Counted from the first letter of the stretch, positions 1 to 11,083 are shown. The stretch is DNA of 64,000 nucleotides from Selenomonadales bacterium (GCA_018335585.1 JAGXRZ010000001.1:6281-70280), one strand, 5' to 3'. A program made the numbers and translations. The notes: generated from the sequence alone by a model not told the origin.

Positions 1-263
1 TGCACGTAGTCTAAGGTGCCCGACAGCTTAATAACCAAGCCTCTAATCCCGCCGTCACGCACAAGCAGGTTGCTGCCGTTGCCGATGACGGTTACCGGAA
101 TGTCAAGCTTCTGCGCCGATTTCAGCGCCTTCCTCAGCTCGCCGGCGTCGCGCGGAATAAACAAGGCATCCGCCGGTCCGCCGATGCGAAACGAAGTATG
201 CCTGTTCATCGGCTCGTCGAAACTAAGCGCGCCCCCTAAGCTCTGGTTCAGCCTGTCGAGCAT
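1..263 (-). CDS. murB: UDP-N-acetylenolpyruvoylglucosamine reductase MurB, N-terminal part (gene runs off window start)
   Basis: Not in the ORF track. Minus-strand ATG at 261-263 gives [68 protein letters not shown], a MurB-type FAD-binding N-terminus. Confidence 0.7.
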   Translation of the reverse strand, partial: MLDRLNQSLGGALSFDEPMNRHTSFRIGGPADALFIPRDAGELRKALKSAQKLDIPVTVIGNGSNLLVRDGGIRGLVIKLSGTLDYV

Positions 264-265
264 AG

Positions 266-1357
266 CTATTTAACCACTTTAACCGCGCGCGGATAAGTCG
301 TCAGGCTTAAGGCGCCGGTAGCCGTGACACACACGTCGTCTTCAATGCGCACGCCGCCGACGCCGGGCAGATAAATCCCCGGTTCAATCGTAAACGTATG
401 CCCTATCTGCAGTCTCTCCTTGCTGCCGCCAACAATGTATGGCTCCTCATGTACCTCTAGGCCTAGCCCGTGGCCGGTGCGATGCGTAAAGAACTGCCCG
501 TATCCTGCCTGCGTAATGCATTCTCGCGCTACATCGTCTATGTAGCCAGCCTCTACATTTACGCCCACGGCTTCGCTCGCTAACCGGTTTGCCTCAAAGA
601 CAACCGCCCCAATTCGCTCAAGTTGCGCCGGAGCACCCTCTAACAGGAAGGTGCGCGTAATATCGCTTGTGTAGCCATCCACCACACAGCCAAGGTCTGC
701 GACCACCACGTCCCCAGGATGAAGCGGCCGACTACCGGTAGAGGCGTGCGGTAGCGCCGTGCGCTCCCCCGCGATAATGCTCACAAAAGACATGCGCCCG
801 CCCCGCGCTTTGACATATGCCTCGACCGCCTCGGCAATCTGTATTTCGGTAACACCTAGCGCGATGTTTCGTTCCACCACAGCCATAGCGGCGTCGGCGA
901 GCTGCGCTGCTTGCTGCAGCTTGTTAATTTCGGCCGGCTCTTTGCGCATGCGCTGCGCAGCTAAAATCGGCCGCAGGTCCGTCAGGTCCGTAACACCGCA
1001 AGCACTCTCTAAGAGCTTATACTCTAACAACCTCGCCGCCTGAAACTCCATAGCCACGACTTTAATCTGCGGAAGGCGCGCAGCTAACCGCGCAAACCCG
1101 GCTGCCCCGCCCTCTTCGTCTGTATAGGTTAATAGCTCCAGCACGCCGGAGTCTCTACGCACGCGTTCCGCCTCAAAGGCCGGGCACACCGCCATAGCCT
1201 CGCCCGCTGCCGTAAAAACGAAGAGCAGAGGACGCTCGCTTAAGGTAGCCGACATACCTGTGAGATAAAACAAGCCCGCGCTCGGCAAAACTGCCGCGGC
1301 AGAGATGCCTCGCTGCCGCAAGTTTGCCGCTAACGTCTCGATACGGTTAATGTGCAT
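266..1357 (-). CDS. M24 family Xaa-Pro aminopeptidase/dipeptidase
   Basis: 363 aa. C-terminal [15 protein letters not shown] and [14 protein letters not shown] metal-ligand motifs of the creatinase/prolidase fold. Confidence 0.8.
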   Translation of the reverse strand: MHINRIETLAANLRQRGISAAAVLPSAGLFYLTGMSATLSERPLLFVFTAAGEAMAVCPAFEAERVRRDSGVLELLTYTDEEGGAAGFARLAARLPQIKVVAMEFQAARLLEYKLLESACGVTDLTDLRPILAAQRMRKEPAEINKLQQAAQLADAAMAVVERNIALGVTEIQIAEAVEAYVKARGGRMSFVSIIAGERTALPHASTGSRPLHPGDVVVADLGCVVDGYTSDITRTFLLEGAPAQLERIGAVVFEANRLASEAVGVNVEAGYIDDVARECITQAGYGQFFTHRTGHGLGLEVHEEPYIVGGSKERLQIGHTFTIEPGIYLPGVGGVRIEDDVCVTATGALSLTTYPRAVKVVK

Positions 1358-1372
1358 AGCTTGACCTCGCTT

Positions 1373-1789
1373 TCAACACTCCGAAAGGTGCCGCCGCAGT
1401 TCTTCATAGGCTAAAACTAGTTTCTCACGGTCTAGGTCGTAGGTCAACATGCGCTCCGCCTGCTCGAGGGTGACGTATTGTCCGGCGATTATTTCGTAGC
1501 CATCGCACTTGATAAAGTTCGTTTCCGCCTGCATCAGAAACCAATACACCGTCTTTTGATGGCGCGTTCTGTCTTTAGGTGAAAAGACGGTATACTCGGT
1601 AGTGCCTAACGGAGCTAAGAGCTGCGGGCGAATGCCCGCTTCCTCAAACACCTCGCGCAGCGCCGCTTGTTCAGGCGTCTCCCCACGCTCAAGGTGCCCT
1701 TTGGGAAAGACCGCGTCCCCGCGAAAGTTGGTGAGGACTAAGACCTGCCTGCCCCAAAAGACGATACCTCCCGCACTCCACTCAGGCAT
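1373..1789 (-). CDS. NUDIX hydrolase
   Basis: Nudix box [23 protein letters not shown]. 138 aa. Confidence 0.8.
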   Translation of the reverse strand: MPEWSAGGIVFWGRQVLVLTNFRGDAVFPKGHLERGETPEQAALREVFEEAGIRPQLLAPLGTTEYTVFSPKDRTRHQKTVYWFLMQAETNFIKCDGYEIIAGQYVTLEQAERMLTYDLDREKLVLAYEELRRHLSEC

Positions 1790-1814
1790 TAAGACCCGTC
1801 CTTTCGAGTTATCG

Positions 1815-3509
1815 CTACATTTTGTCTACTGCGGTCACACCTAGGAGATACAAGCCGCGCGCTAGTATCCGCTGCGTCGCGCTCACAATCGCGAGACGCG
1901 TCCTCGAACTGTCTTTATCCTCCCCGATAATGCGCACATGGTGGTAATAGCGGTTAAAGAGGGAGGCGACATCTAGCACGTAGCGCGCGACCACCGAAGG
2001 CTCAAATTCTGCGGCGCTGCGGGCTACCACTTGTGGGAACTCCCCTAGGAGTTTAATGAGCGGCAAGGCGTGCTCGTCCGTGAGCGCGGCCTCGTCGCTA
2101 AGAGCCGGGTCAAACGCAGCCTTACGCAAAACCGAGCAAGCACGCGCGTGTGTATACTGCACGTAAGGTCCGGTCTCGCCGTCGAAGTTAAGTATTTCGT
2201 CCCAGTCAAAATTAACATCTTTAATGCGCCCGTGTTTAAGGTCGCCAAAGACCACCGCTCCCACGCCGACATGCTGCGCGATGTCGAGCTTGTTCTCTAG
2301 CTCAGGATTCTTGGCGTGAATCACCGCGGCCGCAAGTTCAATCGCGCGCGTGAGCACGTCCTCAAGGAAAATAACGTTGCCGCGACGCGTAGACATCTTA
2401 CCTTCCGGGAACTTAAACAGCCCAAACGGCACGTGTACGAGCTTGTCGCCCGCCGGAGCCCCCATCTTTAAGAGAACCTGCTTTACCTGCCTAAAGTGCA
2501 GCGTCTGCTCCTGCCCCACTACATAGAGCATAAGCTCGGGGTGGTGCTTTTTGTCGCGGTATAAAGCTGCCGCAATATCCCGCGTGGCGTAAAGCGTCGC
2601 GCCGTCAGTCTTGCGCAAGAGGCAGGGCGGCATGCCTGCTTCGGTTAAGTCTACAACGACCGCGCCTTCTGAGACGGTCGTAAGCCCTTGTGCCTCAATC
2701 GCCGCGACGGTTGAAGCTAACAGGGGCTCATAGTAGCTCTCGCCGAGCCAGAAGTCAAACTCTATGCCTAGGAGGTCATATACCCGCTGGTACTCTTTAA
2801 GACTTACTTCCACAAAGCGCTGCCACAGCGACCTAGCCTCATCGTCTCCCGCTTCCAGGCGCTTAAACCACACCCGCGCTTCCTCTAATAGCTCAGGCTG
2901 ATTCTCGGCGCGGCGGTGAAACTCCACGTAGATTTTAAACAGCGTACTTATGGGATCATGCGTAAGGTCTTCGTCTTTGGCCAATAGCTTGTAAGCTACG
3001 ATAAGCTTGCCAAACTGCGTTCCCCAGTCGCCAAGGTGGTTAACGCGTACTACGCGGTAGCCAAGCTCGCCGTAGATGCGCGAGAGGCTGTGCCCGATGA
3101 CCGTAGTGCGCAAATGACCGATGCCAAACGGTTTGGCGATGTTAGGCGAGGAGAAGTCGATAACTACGGTTTTTCCCGCGCCCGCGTTAGTGAAGCCAAA
3201 GGACGCCCCCCCATGAAGGATACCCTCCATAATGTGGCGCGCTACGGCCGCCTTTTCTAGCGTAATGTTGAGATACCCTGCCCTAGCCTCGACATTATCG
3301 GCTAAGCCGCGCAGGTCCAGCATGTTAGCCAAGTCTGCCGCAATGGCGGTAGGAGCCTTGCGCAGCACCTTGGCTAAGGAGAAGCACGGTATGGCGATAT
3401 CGCCCCACGCGGGGTTAGGCGGCACCTCCATCAGCGCGCGCGCGGCTTCGCTACTCATATTAAGCAGCGGCGCAAGTTTTTCGGCTATCGCTTGCCTGAA
3501 CTTTTCCAT
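1815..3509 (-). CDS. argS: arginine--tRNA ligase
   Basis: [10 protein letters not shown] (HIGH-like), [10 protein letters not shown] and KMSTRRG motifs, anticodon-binding C-terminus. Start set to ATG 3509 behind GGAGGAAGG (the track start 3524 is TTG). Confidence 0.9.
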   Translation of the reverse strand: MEKFRQAIAEKLAPLLNMSSEAARALMEVPPNPAWGDIAIPCFSLAKVLRKAPTAIAADLANMLDLRGLADNVEARAGYLNITLEKAAVARHIMEGILHGGASFGFTNAGAGKTVVIDFSSPNIAKPFGIGHLRTTVIGHSLSRIYGELGYRVVRVNHLGDWGTQFGKLIVAYKLLAKDEDLTHDPISTLFKIYVEFHRRAENQPELLEEARVWFKRLEAGDDEARSLWQRFVEVSLKEYQRVYDLLGIEFDFWLGESYYEPLLASTVAAIEAQGLTTVSEGAVVVDLTEAGMPPCLLRKTDGATLYATRDIAAALYRDKKHHPELMLYVVGQEQTLHFRQVKQVLLKMGAPAGDKLVHVPFGLFKFPEGKMSTRRGNVIFLEDVLTRAIELAAAVIHAKNPELENKLDIAQHVGVGAVVFGDLKHGRIKDVNFDWDEILNFDGETGPYVQYTHARACSVLRKAAFDPALSDEAALTDEHALPLIKLLGEFPQVVARSAAEFEPSVVARYVLDVASLFNRYYHHVRIIGEDKDSSRTRLAIVSATQRILARGLYLLGVTAVDKM

Positions 3510-3556
3510 GCGGCCTTCCTCCAATCACGGAAGTGGGAGAGCGTAGGTTGGTATAC

Positions 3557-4669
3557 TTAGGCGTTAGTAATAAGCGCTAAGGTCAGCCGAGCCACAGTCT
3601 CGAGGTCACTAATGGCCATGCTCTCCTCTGTAGTGTGCACCTTCTTATAGCCGACGCCGATGTTAGCCGTAGGTATGCCGTGCGCGTTAAAGATATTGGC
3701 GTCGCTGCCGCCGCCGGAAGGGATTAGCTCGCCCCTAAGATTCACTTCGCGGCAAGCGCGCTTAAACAAAGCAATGACAGGCATGCTTTCATCTAGGCGA
3801 AACGCCGAGTACATGCGGCTTATTTTCACCTCAGCGCGGGCGCCGACCTCTGCCGCTCCCCGCTCTAGGCACTCTCGCATATGCTGCGACTGGCGCTCTA
3901 GTTTCTCGTTCTTTAGACTGCGCGCCTCAGCTTGGATTACTACTTTATCGGTCACAATGTTCGTAGCTGTACCGCCCTTGATCGTGCCGATATTAGCCGT
4001 CGTCTCGTGGTCTAAGCGACCTGTCTTCATCTCTGCTATGCCGCGGCTGGCGGCCACGATGGCGCTGATGCCGTCTTCGGGGTTAACACCGGCATGCGCT
4101 GCTTTGCCGTAGATGACGGCTTCTATTTTGTCTTGAGCCGGGCCCTGCACAATGGCCGAGCCTACGGGGCCGCTGCTGTCGAGCGCAAAACCGAAGTCGG
4201 CTTTAAGTGCGCCGTAGTCTAGGTTCTTGGCGCCGTGCAGTCCGCCTTCTTCGACAATGGTAAAGACGAACTCCAGCGGCCCGTGCGTCGCTGACTTCTC
4301 TTTTAGGACATGGATAGCCTCGATAATCGCGGCTATGCCCGCCACATCGTCGGCGGCGAGAATGGTGCTCCCGTCGCTGTAGATTACGCCGTCTTTGACG
4401 ACAGGCTTAATATTAAGCCCGGGCTCTACTCTATCCATGTGGGCCGAGAACATAATAGTCGGCTTGCCGGCGTCACCTGGGAGCCTAGCGATAACATTTC
4501 CCGCGTCCCCGCCTACTTTCGCCCCGGCGTTATCCATCTCTGCCGCTACGCCTAAGCCTGCGAGTTGCCGGATAATCTCTGCCGCGATTTTCGCTTCCGC
4601 GCGCGGTGCGGAGTCAATCTGCACTAGTTTAAGAAAGTTGTCAACGAGTCTGGCTGAGTTAATCTGCAC
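3557..4669 (-). CDS. M20/M42-type metallopeptidase (PepT-like tripeptidase family)
   Basis: SAHMDRV, ADDVAGIAAI and EEGGLHGAK metal-site motifs. GTG start behind AAGGAGGA. Confidence 0.7.
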   Translation of the reverse strand: MQINSARLVDNFLKLVQIDSAPRAEAKIAAEIIRQLAGLGVAAEMDNAGAKVGGDAGNVIARLPGDAGKPTIMFSAHMDRVEPGLNIKPVVKDGVIYSDGSTILAADDVAGIAAIIEAIHVLKEKSATHGPLEFVFTIVEEGGLHGAKNLDYGALKADFGFALDSSGPVGSAIVQGPAQDKIEAVIYGKAAHAGVNPEDGISAIVAASRGIAEMKTGRLDHETTANIGTIKGGTATNIVTDKVVIQAEARSLKNEKLERQSQHMRECLERGAAEVGARAEVKISRMYSAFRLDESMPVIALFKRACREVNLRGELIPSGGGSDANIFNAHGIPTANIGVGYKKVHTTEESMAISDLETVARLTLALITNA

Positions 4670-6205
4670 TAATTTTCCTCCTTAGAAATGCACGGACTTG
4701 ACAGTTTTGCTGAACGGAAACATGATAACATATGTTGACCGAGTTGTCGCATGTGCGAATTGACTCGCTCTAGCATAGTATAATCTATCTTTGGCGCGAC
4801 ATCATAAAAGGAAGGGAGGCGGGAGGGCCACCATGAATACAGAGATCCTACATACCCCACGACGCATCCACTTCATCGGCATAGACGGCATCTCCATGAG
4901 CGCGCTGGCGTTAATCATGCAGAGGCGAGGCTGGCAGGTGTCCGGCTCAGACCTAAAACAGTCGGACCTCACGCGGCGCCTGATTAAGGACGGAGCAACG
5001 ATTTACCTAGGCCACGCCAAAGAGCATGTACTGGGTGCCGAAGTAGTGGTGTTTACTGCTGCCATAAAACCCGATAACCCAGAACTCGTGGCGGCGAGGG
5101 AGAGTAACGCCACCGTTCTTTCGCGTGCGGAGTTCCTTGGCACCCTAATGGGAGAAGCGCGGTACGGCATTGCCATAAGCGGCTCGCACGGCAAGACGAC
5201 GACCACGGCCTTAGTGGGCCTCTTGTGTGAACACGCGGGCCTTGACCCGACCGTATTAATAGGCGGCGAACTCGACGCGCTCGGCGGCAACGTCAAAGTA
5301 GGGAGCAGCGACTACTTTGTGGCAGAAGCCTGCGAATATGTCGAGACGTTTCTGGCTCTGCGCCCGATGCTCGGCGTGATTCTTAACATCGACGCCGACC
5401 ACCTCGACTATTTCGGCGACCTCGATCACGTCAAAGCCGCATTCCTGCGTTTTGCTAAGCTTATCCCAGCAGAGGGCCTCCTAGTCGCCTGCCGCGACGA
5501 CGCAAATGTGCGCGAAATCCTGGCTAACGCAAAGTGCCCAGTCGCCACCTATGGCCTCATGCAAGGTGCCGACTGGTGGGCGACAGAGATAGAACTCCGG
5601 CCCTCGGGCGAGAGCCTGTTTACGGTTTTCTTCCGCAATGCGCAACTTGGGCGCGTAACCTTAGGTGTACCCGGGCGGCACAACATACTAAACGCATTGG
5701 CCGGCCTCGCGGTAGGCAGCCACTTAGGCATTCCCTTTGCGACTATGGCCAAAACGCTACAGGCATTTCGCGGGACGCACCGACGCTTTCAGACTAAGGG
5801 TATGTTCGGCGGCGCGACGATTATTGACGACTACGCGCACCACCCCACCGAAATCCGCGCCACTCTAGCTGCCGCACGGGCGCTTGCCCCTAAACGCGTG
5901 ATTGTCGTGTTTCAACCGCACACCTACACCCGCACCAAAACTCTGCTTAACGAATTCGCAGTCTGCTTTGGTGACGCAGACGAGGTTATTATTACAGATA
6001 TTTACGCCGCGCGCGAGCGAAACACGCACGGCATAAGCTCAAAGGACTTAGTCGATAAAATTAAGGCCGAGCGGTCTTCGGTACATTACATCGGTTCTTT
6101 GGAAGACGCCACCGCTTTTCTTAGCACGCGCCTACGCGCAGGCGACCTGCTCCTGACGATGGGAGCAGGCGACGTGCATTACGTGGGGGAAGCGCTGTTG
6201 GCTCT

Positions 6206-6326
<121 letters not shown>

Positions 6327-6329
6327 ACG

Positions 6330-6719
6330 CTATAAGCCCTTAGCGCTCTTCCTCGCAAGGTAGTCCTTCACCGCTGCGTGCAATGCATCGGCGGCCAAGT
6401 TAGAACAGTGTAGCTTTAGGGGTGGCAGTCCGCCGAGGGACGTGGCCACCTCTTTGTTTGTCATGGCGAGCGCCTCTTCTACAGTTTTGCCGATAGCCAT
6501 CTCGGTAACGATGCTGCTTGTAGCTACAGCAGCTCCGCAGCCAAAGGTCTGGAACTTAATGTCGGTAATGCGCTCGTTTGCGTCAACCTTAATGTACATG
6601 CGCATAATGTCGCCGCAGCTGATGTTGCCTACCTCGCCCACGCCGTCGGCGTCTTCGATACTGCCGACGTTGCGCGGCCGCTGAAAGTGGTCCATTACTT
6701 TGTCGTTATACATACTCAT
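6330..6719 (-). CDS. iscU: Fe-S cluster assembly scaffold IscU/NifU N-terminal-domain protein
   Basis: GNISCGDIM, FQTFGCGAAVATSS and LHCSNLA give the three conserved scaffold cysteines. AGGAGG RBS. Confidence 0.9.
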   Translation of the reverse strand: MSMYNDKVMDHFQRPRNVGSIEDADGVGEVGNISCGDIMRMYIKVDANERITDIKFQTFGCGAAVATSSIVTEMAIGKTVEEALAMTNKEVATSLGGLPPLKLHCSNLAADALHAAVKDYLARKSAKGL

Positions 6720-6745
6720 TTATAAGTCCTCCTGTCAATTTGGGA

Positions 6746-7115
6746 GTGTCGCTTGTAGCTTGGGGAGGGAGCCGCCGGCCGCCAGGCGCCAGCCGCCAGC
6801 TTTATACGGAGAGCTTTTGGGCTTTAGGCGTTAGGCGTTAGGCGTTAGGCGTTAGGGGAACGGGCTATGAGCTTTGAGCTCTGAGCTGTGAGCGACGAGG
6901 GGTAATTGGCTCCTGGAACCAAGAGCCCCATCCTCCGCTGAGCACGAAGCACGAAGCACGCTCTCCTCTACTAGCAGCCAGGAGCTAGCAGCTAGGAGCG
7001 CTCCGTTCTACTGGGCACTGAGCACTGAGCACTAGGCACCTCCCTACCAGTAGCCAGGAGCTAGCAGCTAGGAGCCCCCCGTTCCCCTGGCGGCTGGCGG
7101 CTGGCGGCCGGTGGC
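6746..7115. repeat. Composite array of tandem heptamer blocks (array II, downstream of nifS)
   Basis: Blocks in order: GTCGCTT, GCCGCCA-type, GGCGTTA x4 (6819-6855), GAGCTnT x4 (6863-6892), GCACGAA x3, AGCCAGGAGCTAGC, GGGCACTGAGCAC (7008-7040), AGCCAGGAGC (7047-7075), CTGGCGG x3 (7087-7115). Confidence 0.9.
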
Positions 7116-7120
7116 ACCTC

Positions 7121-8275
7121 TCACCGGTACAGCGGCGACATCTTCCGCAGCCGCTCCACTATCGCGGGCATCACCGACAGCACATAGTCTACATCTGCCT
7201 CGGTGTTATCGATGCCTAAAGTAAGGCGAAGCGACCCGTGCGCCTGTTCGTGAGTTAAGCCCATGGCCAGGAGCACGTGCGATGGCTCAAGCGACCCCGA
7301 TGTGCAGGCCGAGCCGCTAGACACCGCTATCCCCTGCATATCGAGACTTAAAATCAAAGACTCGCCCTCTACGTAGCGCACGCTTACGTTTACGTTGCCG
7401 GGCAGGCGCTGTGTGGGGTGGCCGTTAAGCGTTACTTCGGGCAAGGCCAGAAGACCCGCGGCAAGCTTGTCGCGCAGCGCCGAGATTTTCGCCTGTCTTT
7501 CCGCCAAGTCAGCCGTCGCAAGCTCAAGCGCTTTCGCCAAGCCGATGATGCCGACGTGGTTCTCGGTGCCCGGCCTGTACTTGCGCTCTTGCCCGCCGCC
7601 GTGGTAAAGCGGCTTCACCCGCGTGCCTTTCTTAATGTAGAGCACGCCAATCCCCTTCGGGCCGTAGAACTTGTGCGCCGAGAAGGACATCATGTCTACG
7701 CCGAGGTCCTTTACGTCTACAGGAATACTCCCGACTGTCTGCACGGCGTCGGTATGAAAGCTTATCTTCTTGGCGCGAGCAATCGCCGCCATTTCTTTGA
7801 TTGGCTGAATCGTGCCCATCTCGTTGTTAGCGTGCATAATCGTGGCGAGAATGGTGTCGGGCCTCAGCGCGGCTTCAAAGTCTGCCACGCTAACCAAGCC
7901 ATGCTCGTCGACAGGCAGATAGGTAACCTCATAGCCCTGCGATTCGAGGAAATGGCACGTGTCGAGCACGGCGTGGTGTTCGATTTTACTCGTGATGATA
8001 TGTCGCCCATCCTTGTTGCGGGCAAGGGCTAAGCCTTGAATGGCAATATTGTCGGCTTCCGTGCCGCCCGACGTAAAGAATATCTCGCGTGGGTCGGCCC
8101 CTATGGCCGTAGCCACCTTTTCGCGTGCCTCGTCTACCGCTTTGCGCGAATCCCTCCCAAAGCTATGCACGCTCGACGGATTGCCAAAGTGGTTGTGAAA
8201 ATAAGGCAACATAGCCGCAATTACCTCCGGATGCACCGGGGTCGTAGCGGCATGGTCTAAGTAAACTCTTCTCAT
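7121..8275 (-). CDS. nifS: cysteine desulfurase (NifS/IscS type, PLP-dependent)
   Basis: MRRVYLDHAATTP N-terminus, SFSAHKFYGPKGIG PLP-lysine motif, SSGSACTSG active-site Cys loop. Confidence 0.9.
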   Translation of the reverse strand: MRRVYLDHAATTPVHPEVIAAMLPYFHNHFGNPSSVHSFGRDSRKAVDEAREKVATAIGADPREIFFTSGGTEADNIAIQGLALARNKDGRHIITSKIEHHAVLDTCHFLESQGYEVTYLPVDEHGLVSVADFEAALRPDTILATIMHANNEMGTIQPIKEMAAIARAKKISFHTDAVQTVGSIPVDVKDLGVDMMSFSAHKFYGPKGIGVLYIKKGTRVKPLYHGGGQERKYRPGTENHVGIIGLAKALELATADLAERQAKISALRDKLAAGLLALPEVTLNGHPTQRLPGNVNVSVRYVEGESLILSLDMQGIAVSSGSACTSGSLEPSHVLLAMGLTHEQAHGSLRLTLGIDNTEADVDYVLSVMPAIVERLRKMSPLYR

Positions 8276-8317
8276 GGTGAGAACCTCCTCTTGAGTTGGT
8301 TAGTAACTGAATGGAGG

Positions 8318-8556
8318 GCTGCTAGCTCCTGGCTGCTGGCTGCTGGTAGGGGGGTGCCTAGTGCTCAGTGCCCAGTAGAGCCGTGTCGCGGTAGTGCCCG
8401 GTTTCCCTTCTATCATAGCTCACAGCTCAAAGCTCACAGCCCTTAAAGCCTAACGCCTAGCGCCTAAAGCCTCAATGCTCACCGCTCACCGCTCAGAGCC
8501 CTCTCCCTCAAGCGACAAGCGACAAGCGACAAGCGACAATCTCCTGGCGCCTGGTG
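8318..8556. repeat. Composite heptamer array (array III, upstream of nifS), an inverted counterpart of array II
   Basis: Blocks 8318-8346, 8353-8378, 8414-8441 and 8441-8470 are reverse complements of 7047-7075, 7008-7040, 6863-6892 and 6819-6855, in nested antiparallel order. GCGACAA x4 and CTGGCGC blocks follow. Confidence 0.85.
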
Positions 8557-8558
8557 TC

Positions 8559-8972
8559 TCACATCTTCTCTCGCGCCCATGTCGCTAGGTCGCGGAGGGT
8601 AGCGCCATCCATAACCTGGCGCATGCTCTCGGATACCTTGTTCCATAGCTCGCGAGTAGCACAGACATGCACGCGCTCACACCCGCCGGCGTGGTCGCAA
8701 TCCACTAACTTAATGGGCCCTTCCACGGCGCGCACTATGTCGCCCGCGGTTATGTCCTCTGCCGGACGGGCTAGCGTATAGCCGCCTTTTGCGCCGCGCT
8801 GTCCGCTCACTAGTTTGGCACGTCGCAGCTCCATAAAAATTTGCTCCAGATACTGCGCCGAAATGTCCTCCATCTCGGCGACAAAACGCAGCGGCACCGG
8901 TCCCTGCTCTTCGTGCATGGCTACTACCGTCATCGCTCGCACTGCATATTGCCCTTTAGTAGATAACCGCAT
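8559..8972 (-). CDS. Rrf2 family transcriptional regulator (IscR/CymR-like)
   Basis: MRLSTKGQYAVRAM N-terminal wHTH signature, and it is the first gene of the nifS-iscU cluster. Start set to ATG 8972 (an alternative ATG is at 8990). Confidence 0.85.
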   Translation of the reverse strand: MRLSTKGQYAVRAMTVVAMHEEQGPVPLRFVAEMEDISAQYLEQIFMELRRAKLVSGQRGAKGGYTLARPAEDITAGDIVRAVEGPIKLVDCDHAGGCERVHVCATRELWNKVSESMRQVMDGATLRDLATWAREKM

Positions 8973-8991
8973 GGGTCTCACCCCTAGCATA

Positions 8992-9045
8992 CCCGATAGA
9001 ATTACTCGGGATTAGCCCGATAAAAAAACCGAGTATTTTCCTCGG
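8992..9045. promoter_or_regulatory. Nested palindromes upstream of the Rrf2 gene (candidate operator)
   Basis: CCCGA(8992-8996)..TCGGG(9006-9010)..CCCGA(9016-9020), plus CCGAG-N7-CTCGG (9029-9045), in the 5-prime region of the Rrf2 gene. Confidence 0.35.
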
Positions 9046-9058
9046 ATTAATTGTACGC

Positions 9059-9991
9059 CTAGCGAGAGTTAGTGTCAAGAGGCAAACGCCCTCCCACGAC
9101 GCGGTCGCGCCCGGCCAGGTCTTGTCGCACGAACAGCTCGGTGAAGTGCGCCGAGGCAAGGAGTGACTTCACTTCGTCCGCTTGGGTACAGCCTATTTCA
9201 AGCAGTAACCAGCCGCCCGGGGTAAGAAAGCCAGGAGCCAGAGCGGCAATGCGCCGATAATACGCCAAGCCGTCCTCCCCGCCCTCTAGAGCTATACGCG
9301 GCTCACTTTGCACGTCCGATGCTAGTATTGGAATTTCTGCGCTTGGAATATACGGCGGATTCGCTGTAATCATGCTAAAGCGCATACCCTCTACCGGGGC
9401 AAACAGATCCCCTTGCCTAAACTGCACGCGGTCGCTTACCCCAAGGCGCGCGGCATTTTCTGCAGCCACGGCTAACGCCGCGTCCGATATATCCGTAAGA
9501 TAGACCTGAAGCTCCGGCACCTCCGCCGCTAGCGTCAGCCCGATACATCCGGAACCCGTACATAGATCAAGCAATACATTCTCCGCAGTGCCGCTAACGC
9601 ATTCCCCAGTGCGAAGTGCGAAGTGCGAAGTGCTAGTGAGTTTGCGTGTTCTGGCAAATTCACCCCTACACACCCGCAGCGCTTCCTCGACTAGCGTTTC
9701 CGTATCAGGGCGCGGAATAAGCACCGCAGGCGTCACGCGAAACTCTCGCCCAAAAAACTCTGTATAGCCTATTATGTACTGCAGCGGCACACCGAGCGCG
9801 CGCTGCCGCAAAGCTTCGCGGTAGCGCTCTACCACATGCTCGTCCACCTCGCGGCTAGGGTACGCCAGGAACGCGGCGCGACTTAGGTCAGTTACCGAGC
9901 GCAGCAGTAGCTCCGCCTGCCAGCAGGCATCGGCAACACCCGCTAAGCTAAGCTCGGCCGCGCCGGCATCCCACAGGGCTTTTACCTTCAC
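9059..9991 (-). CDS. prmC: peptide chain release factor N5-glutamine methyltransferase
   Basis: [14 protein letters not shown] motif and ITANPPYIP (NPPY). GTG start overlaps the prfA stop (GTGA). Confidence 0.9.
   Translation of the reverse strand: MKVKALWDAGAAELSLAGVADACWQAELLLRSVTDLSRAAFLAYPSREVDEHVVERYREALRQRALGVPLQYIIGYTEFFGREFRVTPAVLIPRPDTETLVEEALRVCRGEFARTRKLTSTSHFALRTGECVSGTAENVLLDLCTGSGCIGLTLAAEVPELQVYLTDISDAALAVAAENAARLGVSDRVQFRQGDLFAPVEGMRFSMITANPPYIPSAEIPILASDVQSEPRIALEGGEDGLAYYRRIAALAPGFLTPGGWLLLEIGCTQADEVKSLLASAHFTELFVRQDLAGRDRVVGGRLPLDTNSR
9608..9640. repeat. Heptamer array (GCGAAGT x3) lying in frame inside prmC
   Basis: agtgcgaagtgcgaagtgcgaagtgctagtgag encodes part of ..[12 protein letters not shown].., in the variable linker before the SAM-binding motif. 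Confidence 0.8.
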
Positions 9992-11052
9992 TGCGGAGAA
10001 CCTAGTTTCTCCATCTGGTCGTGCGTAGTTAGTGCCTGGACTATCTCGGTGATATCGCCATCCAAAATCCCGGTCAAGCGGTGCGTCGTCAGGTTAATGC
10101 GGTGGTCGGACACGCGGTTCTGCGGGAAATTATACGTGCGAATGCGCTCGCTGCGGTCCCCTGTACCTACCTGCCCGCGCCTAGTCTCCGACAGCTCCGC
10201 ATCGCGCTTGGCTTGCTCAAGCTCAAGCAGCCTTGCCCGAAGCACGCGCATGGCCTTTTCGCGGTTCTTTATCTGCGATTTTTCATCCTGCATGCTTACG
10301 ACTACTCCCGTGGGGTTATGCGTAATGCGCACCGCGGAGTACGTGGTGTTTACTGATTGCCCGCCCGGCCCGCTAGAACAGAAGGTGTCGATACGCAGGT
10401 CGTTTTGGTCAATCTCGATGTCTACTTCCTCGGCCTCCGGCAACACAGCTACGGTAGCCGTCGAAGTGTGAATGCGGCCGCTCGCCTCTGTTTCCGGCAC
10501 GCGCTGCACGCGGTGTACGCCGCTCTCGTATTTTAGCTGGCTGTAGGCACCTTTGCCTTCAATCATAAAGACTACTTCTTTGTAGCCGCCCATGTCACTT
10601 AGCGAAGCAGACAGCAACTCCGTCTTCCAGCCCTGCCGCTCGGCAAAGCGGCTATACATGCGAAAGAGGTCGCCCGCAAAAATTGCGGCCTCGTTGCCCC
10701 CGGCACCGGCGCGCACTTCTACGATGACGTTCTTTTCGTCGTTAGGGTCTTTGGGCAACAGCAGAATTCTTATCTCTTCTTCTAGGGCGGTTGCCGCTGT
10801 CTTTAACGCGTCGATTTCCGTCTCCAACATAGAGCGAAAATCCGGGTCGCTCCCGGTAAGCGCAGCCTTAGCTTGCTCTAGCTCCTTAAGCGTCTGCTCG
10901 TAACGGTTAAAGGCGTCGACAAGGGCGTTTAGGCCCGCCTGTTCCTTGACATATGTGCGCCACTCGCTCTGGCGAGCGATGACCGCGGGGTCGCTGACCA
11001 GATCTGTCAGCTCGTCGTAGCGCTTCTTAATCGCGCGCAGTTTCTCTAGCAT
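9988..11052 (-). CDS. prfA: peptide chain release factor 1
   Basis: GGQSVNTT (GGQ) and [17 protein letters not shown] (PxT type). Start set to ATG 11052 behind AGGTGAGGTGAG (track start 11064 is GTG). Confidence 0.9.
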   Translation of the reverse strand: MLEKLRAIKKRYDELTDLVSDPAVIARQSEWRTYVKEQAGLNALVDAFNRYEQTLKELEQAKAALTGSDPDFRSMLETEIDALKTAATALEEEIRILLLPKDPNDEKNVIVEVRAGAGGNEAAIFAGDLFRMYSRFAERQGWKTELLSASLSDMGGYKEVVFMIEGKGAYSQLKYESGVHRVQRVPETEASGRIHTSTATVAVLPEAEEVDIEIDQNDLRIDTFCSSGPGGQSVNTTYSAVRITHNPTGVVVSMQDEKSQIKNREKAMRVLRARLLELEQAKRDAELSETRRGQVGTGDRSERIRTYNFPQNRVSDHRINLTTHRLTGILDGDITEIVQALTTHDQMEKLGSPQ

Positions 11053-11083
11053 CCGTATGCTCACCTCACCTAGGTCCTGTTGT

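Noticed and set aside
16-273. 85-aa plus-strand ORF at the window start
   Set aside because: It is antisense to a convincing MurB N-terminus on the minus strand.
3525-3556. T-box leader upstream of argS
   Set aside because: Only 47 nt (3510-3556) separate the argS ATG (3509) from the upstream peptidase gene, which is far too short for a T-box. argS is probably co-transcribed with it.
4760-4784. TTGACT ... TATAAT promoter upstream of murC
   Set aside because: The hexamers are good, but the spacer is only 13 nt, too short for a standard sigma70-type promoter. Not reported as a feature.
4791-4832. Upstream extensions of several track ORFs (murC 4791, glpX 24657, fsa 25867, atoA 26747, RR 22615, HD 50512, ATPase 58676)
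   Set aside because: The extensions are translated from repeat or leader DNA and lack RBSs. Internal starts have strong Shine-Dalgarno sequences and match the family N-termini.
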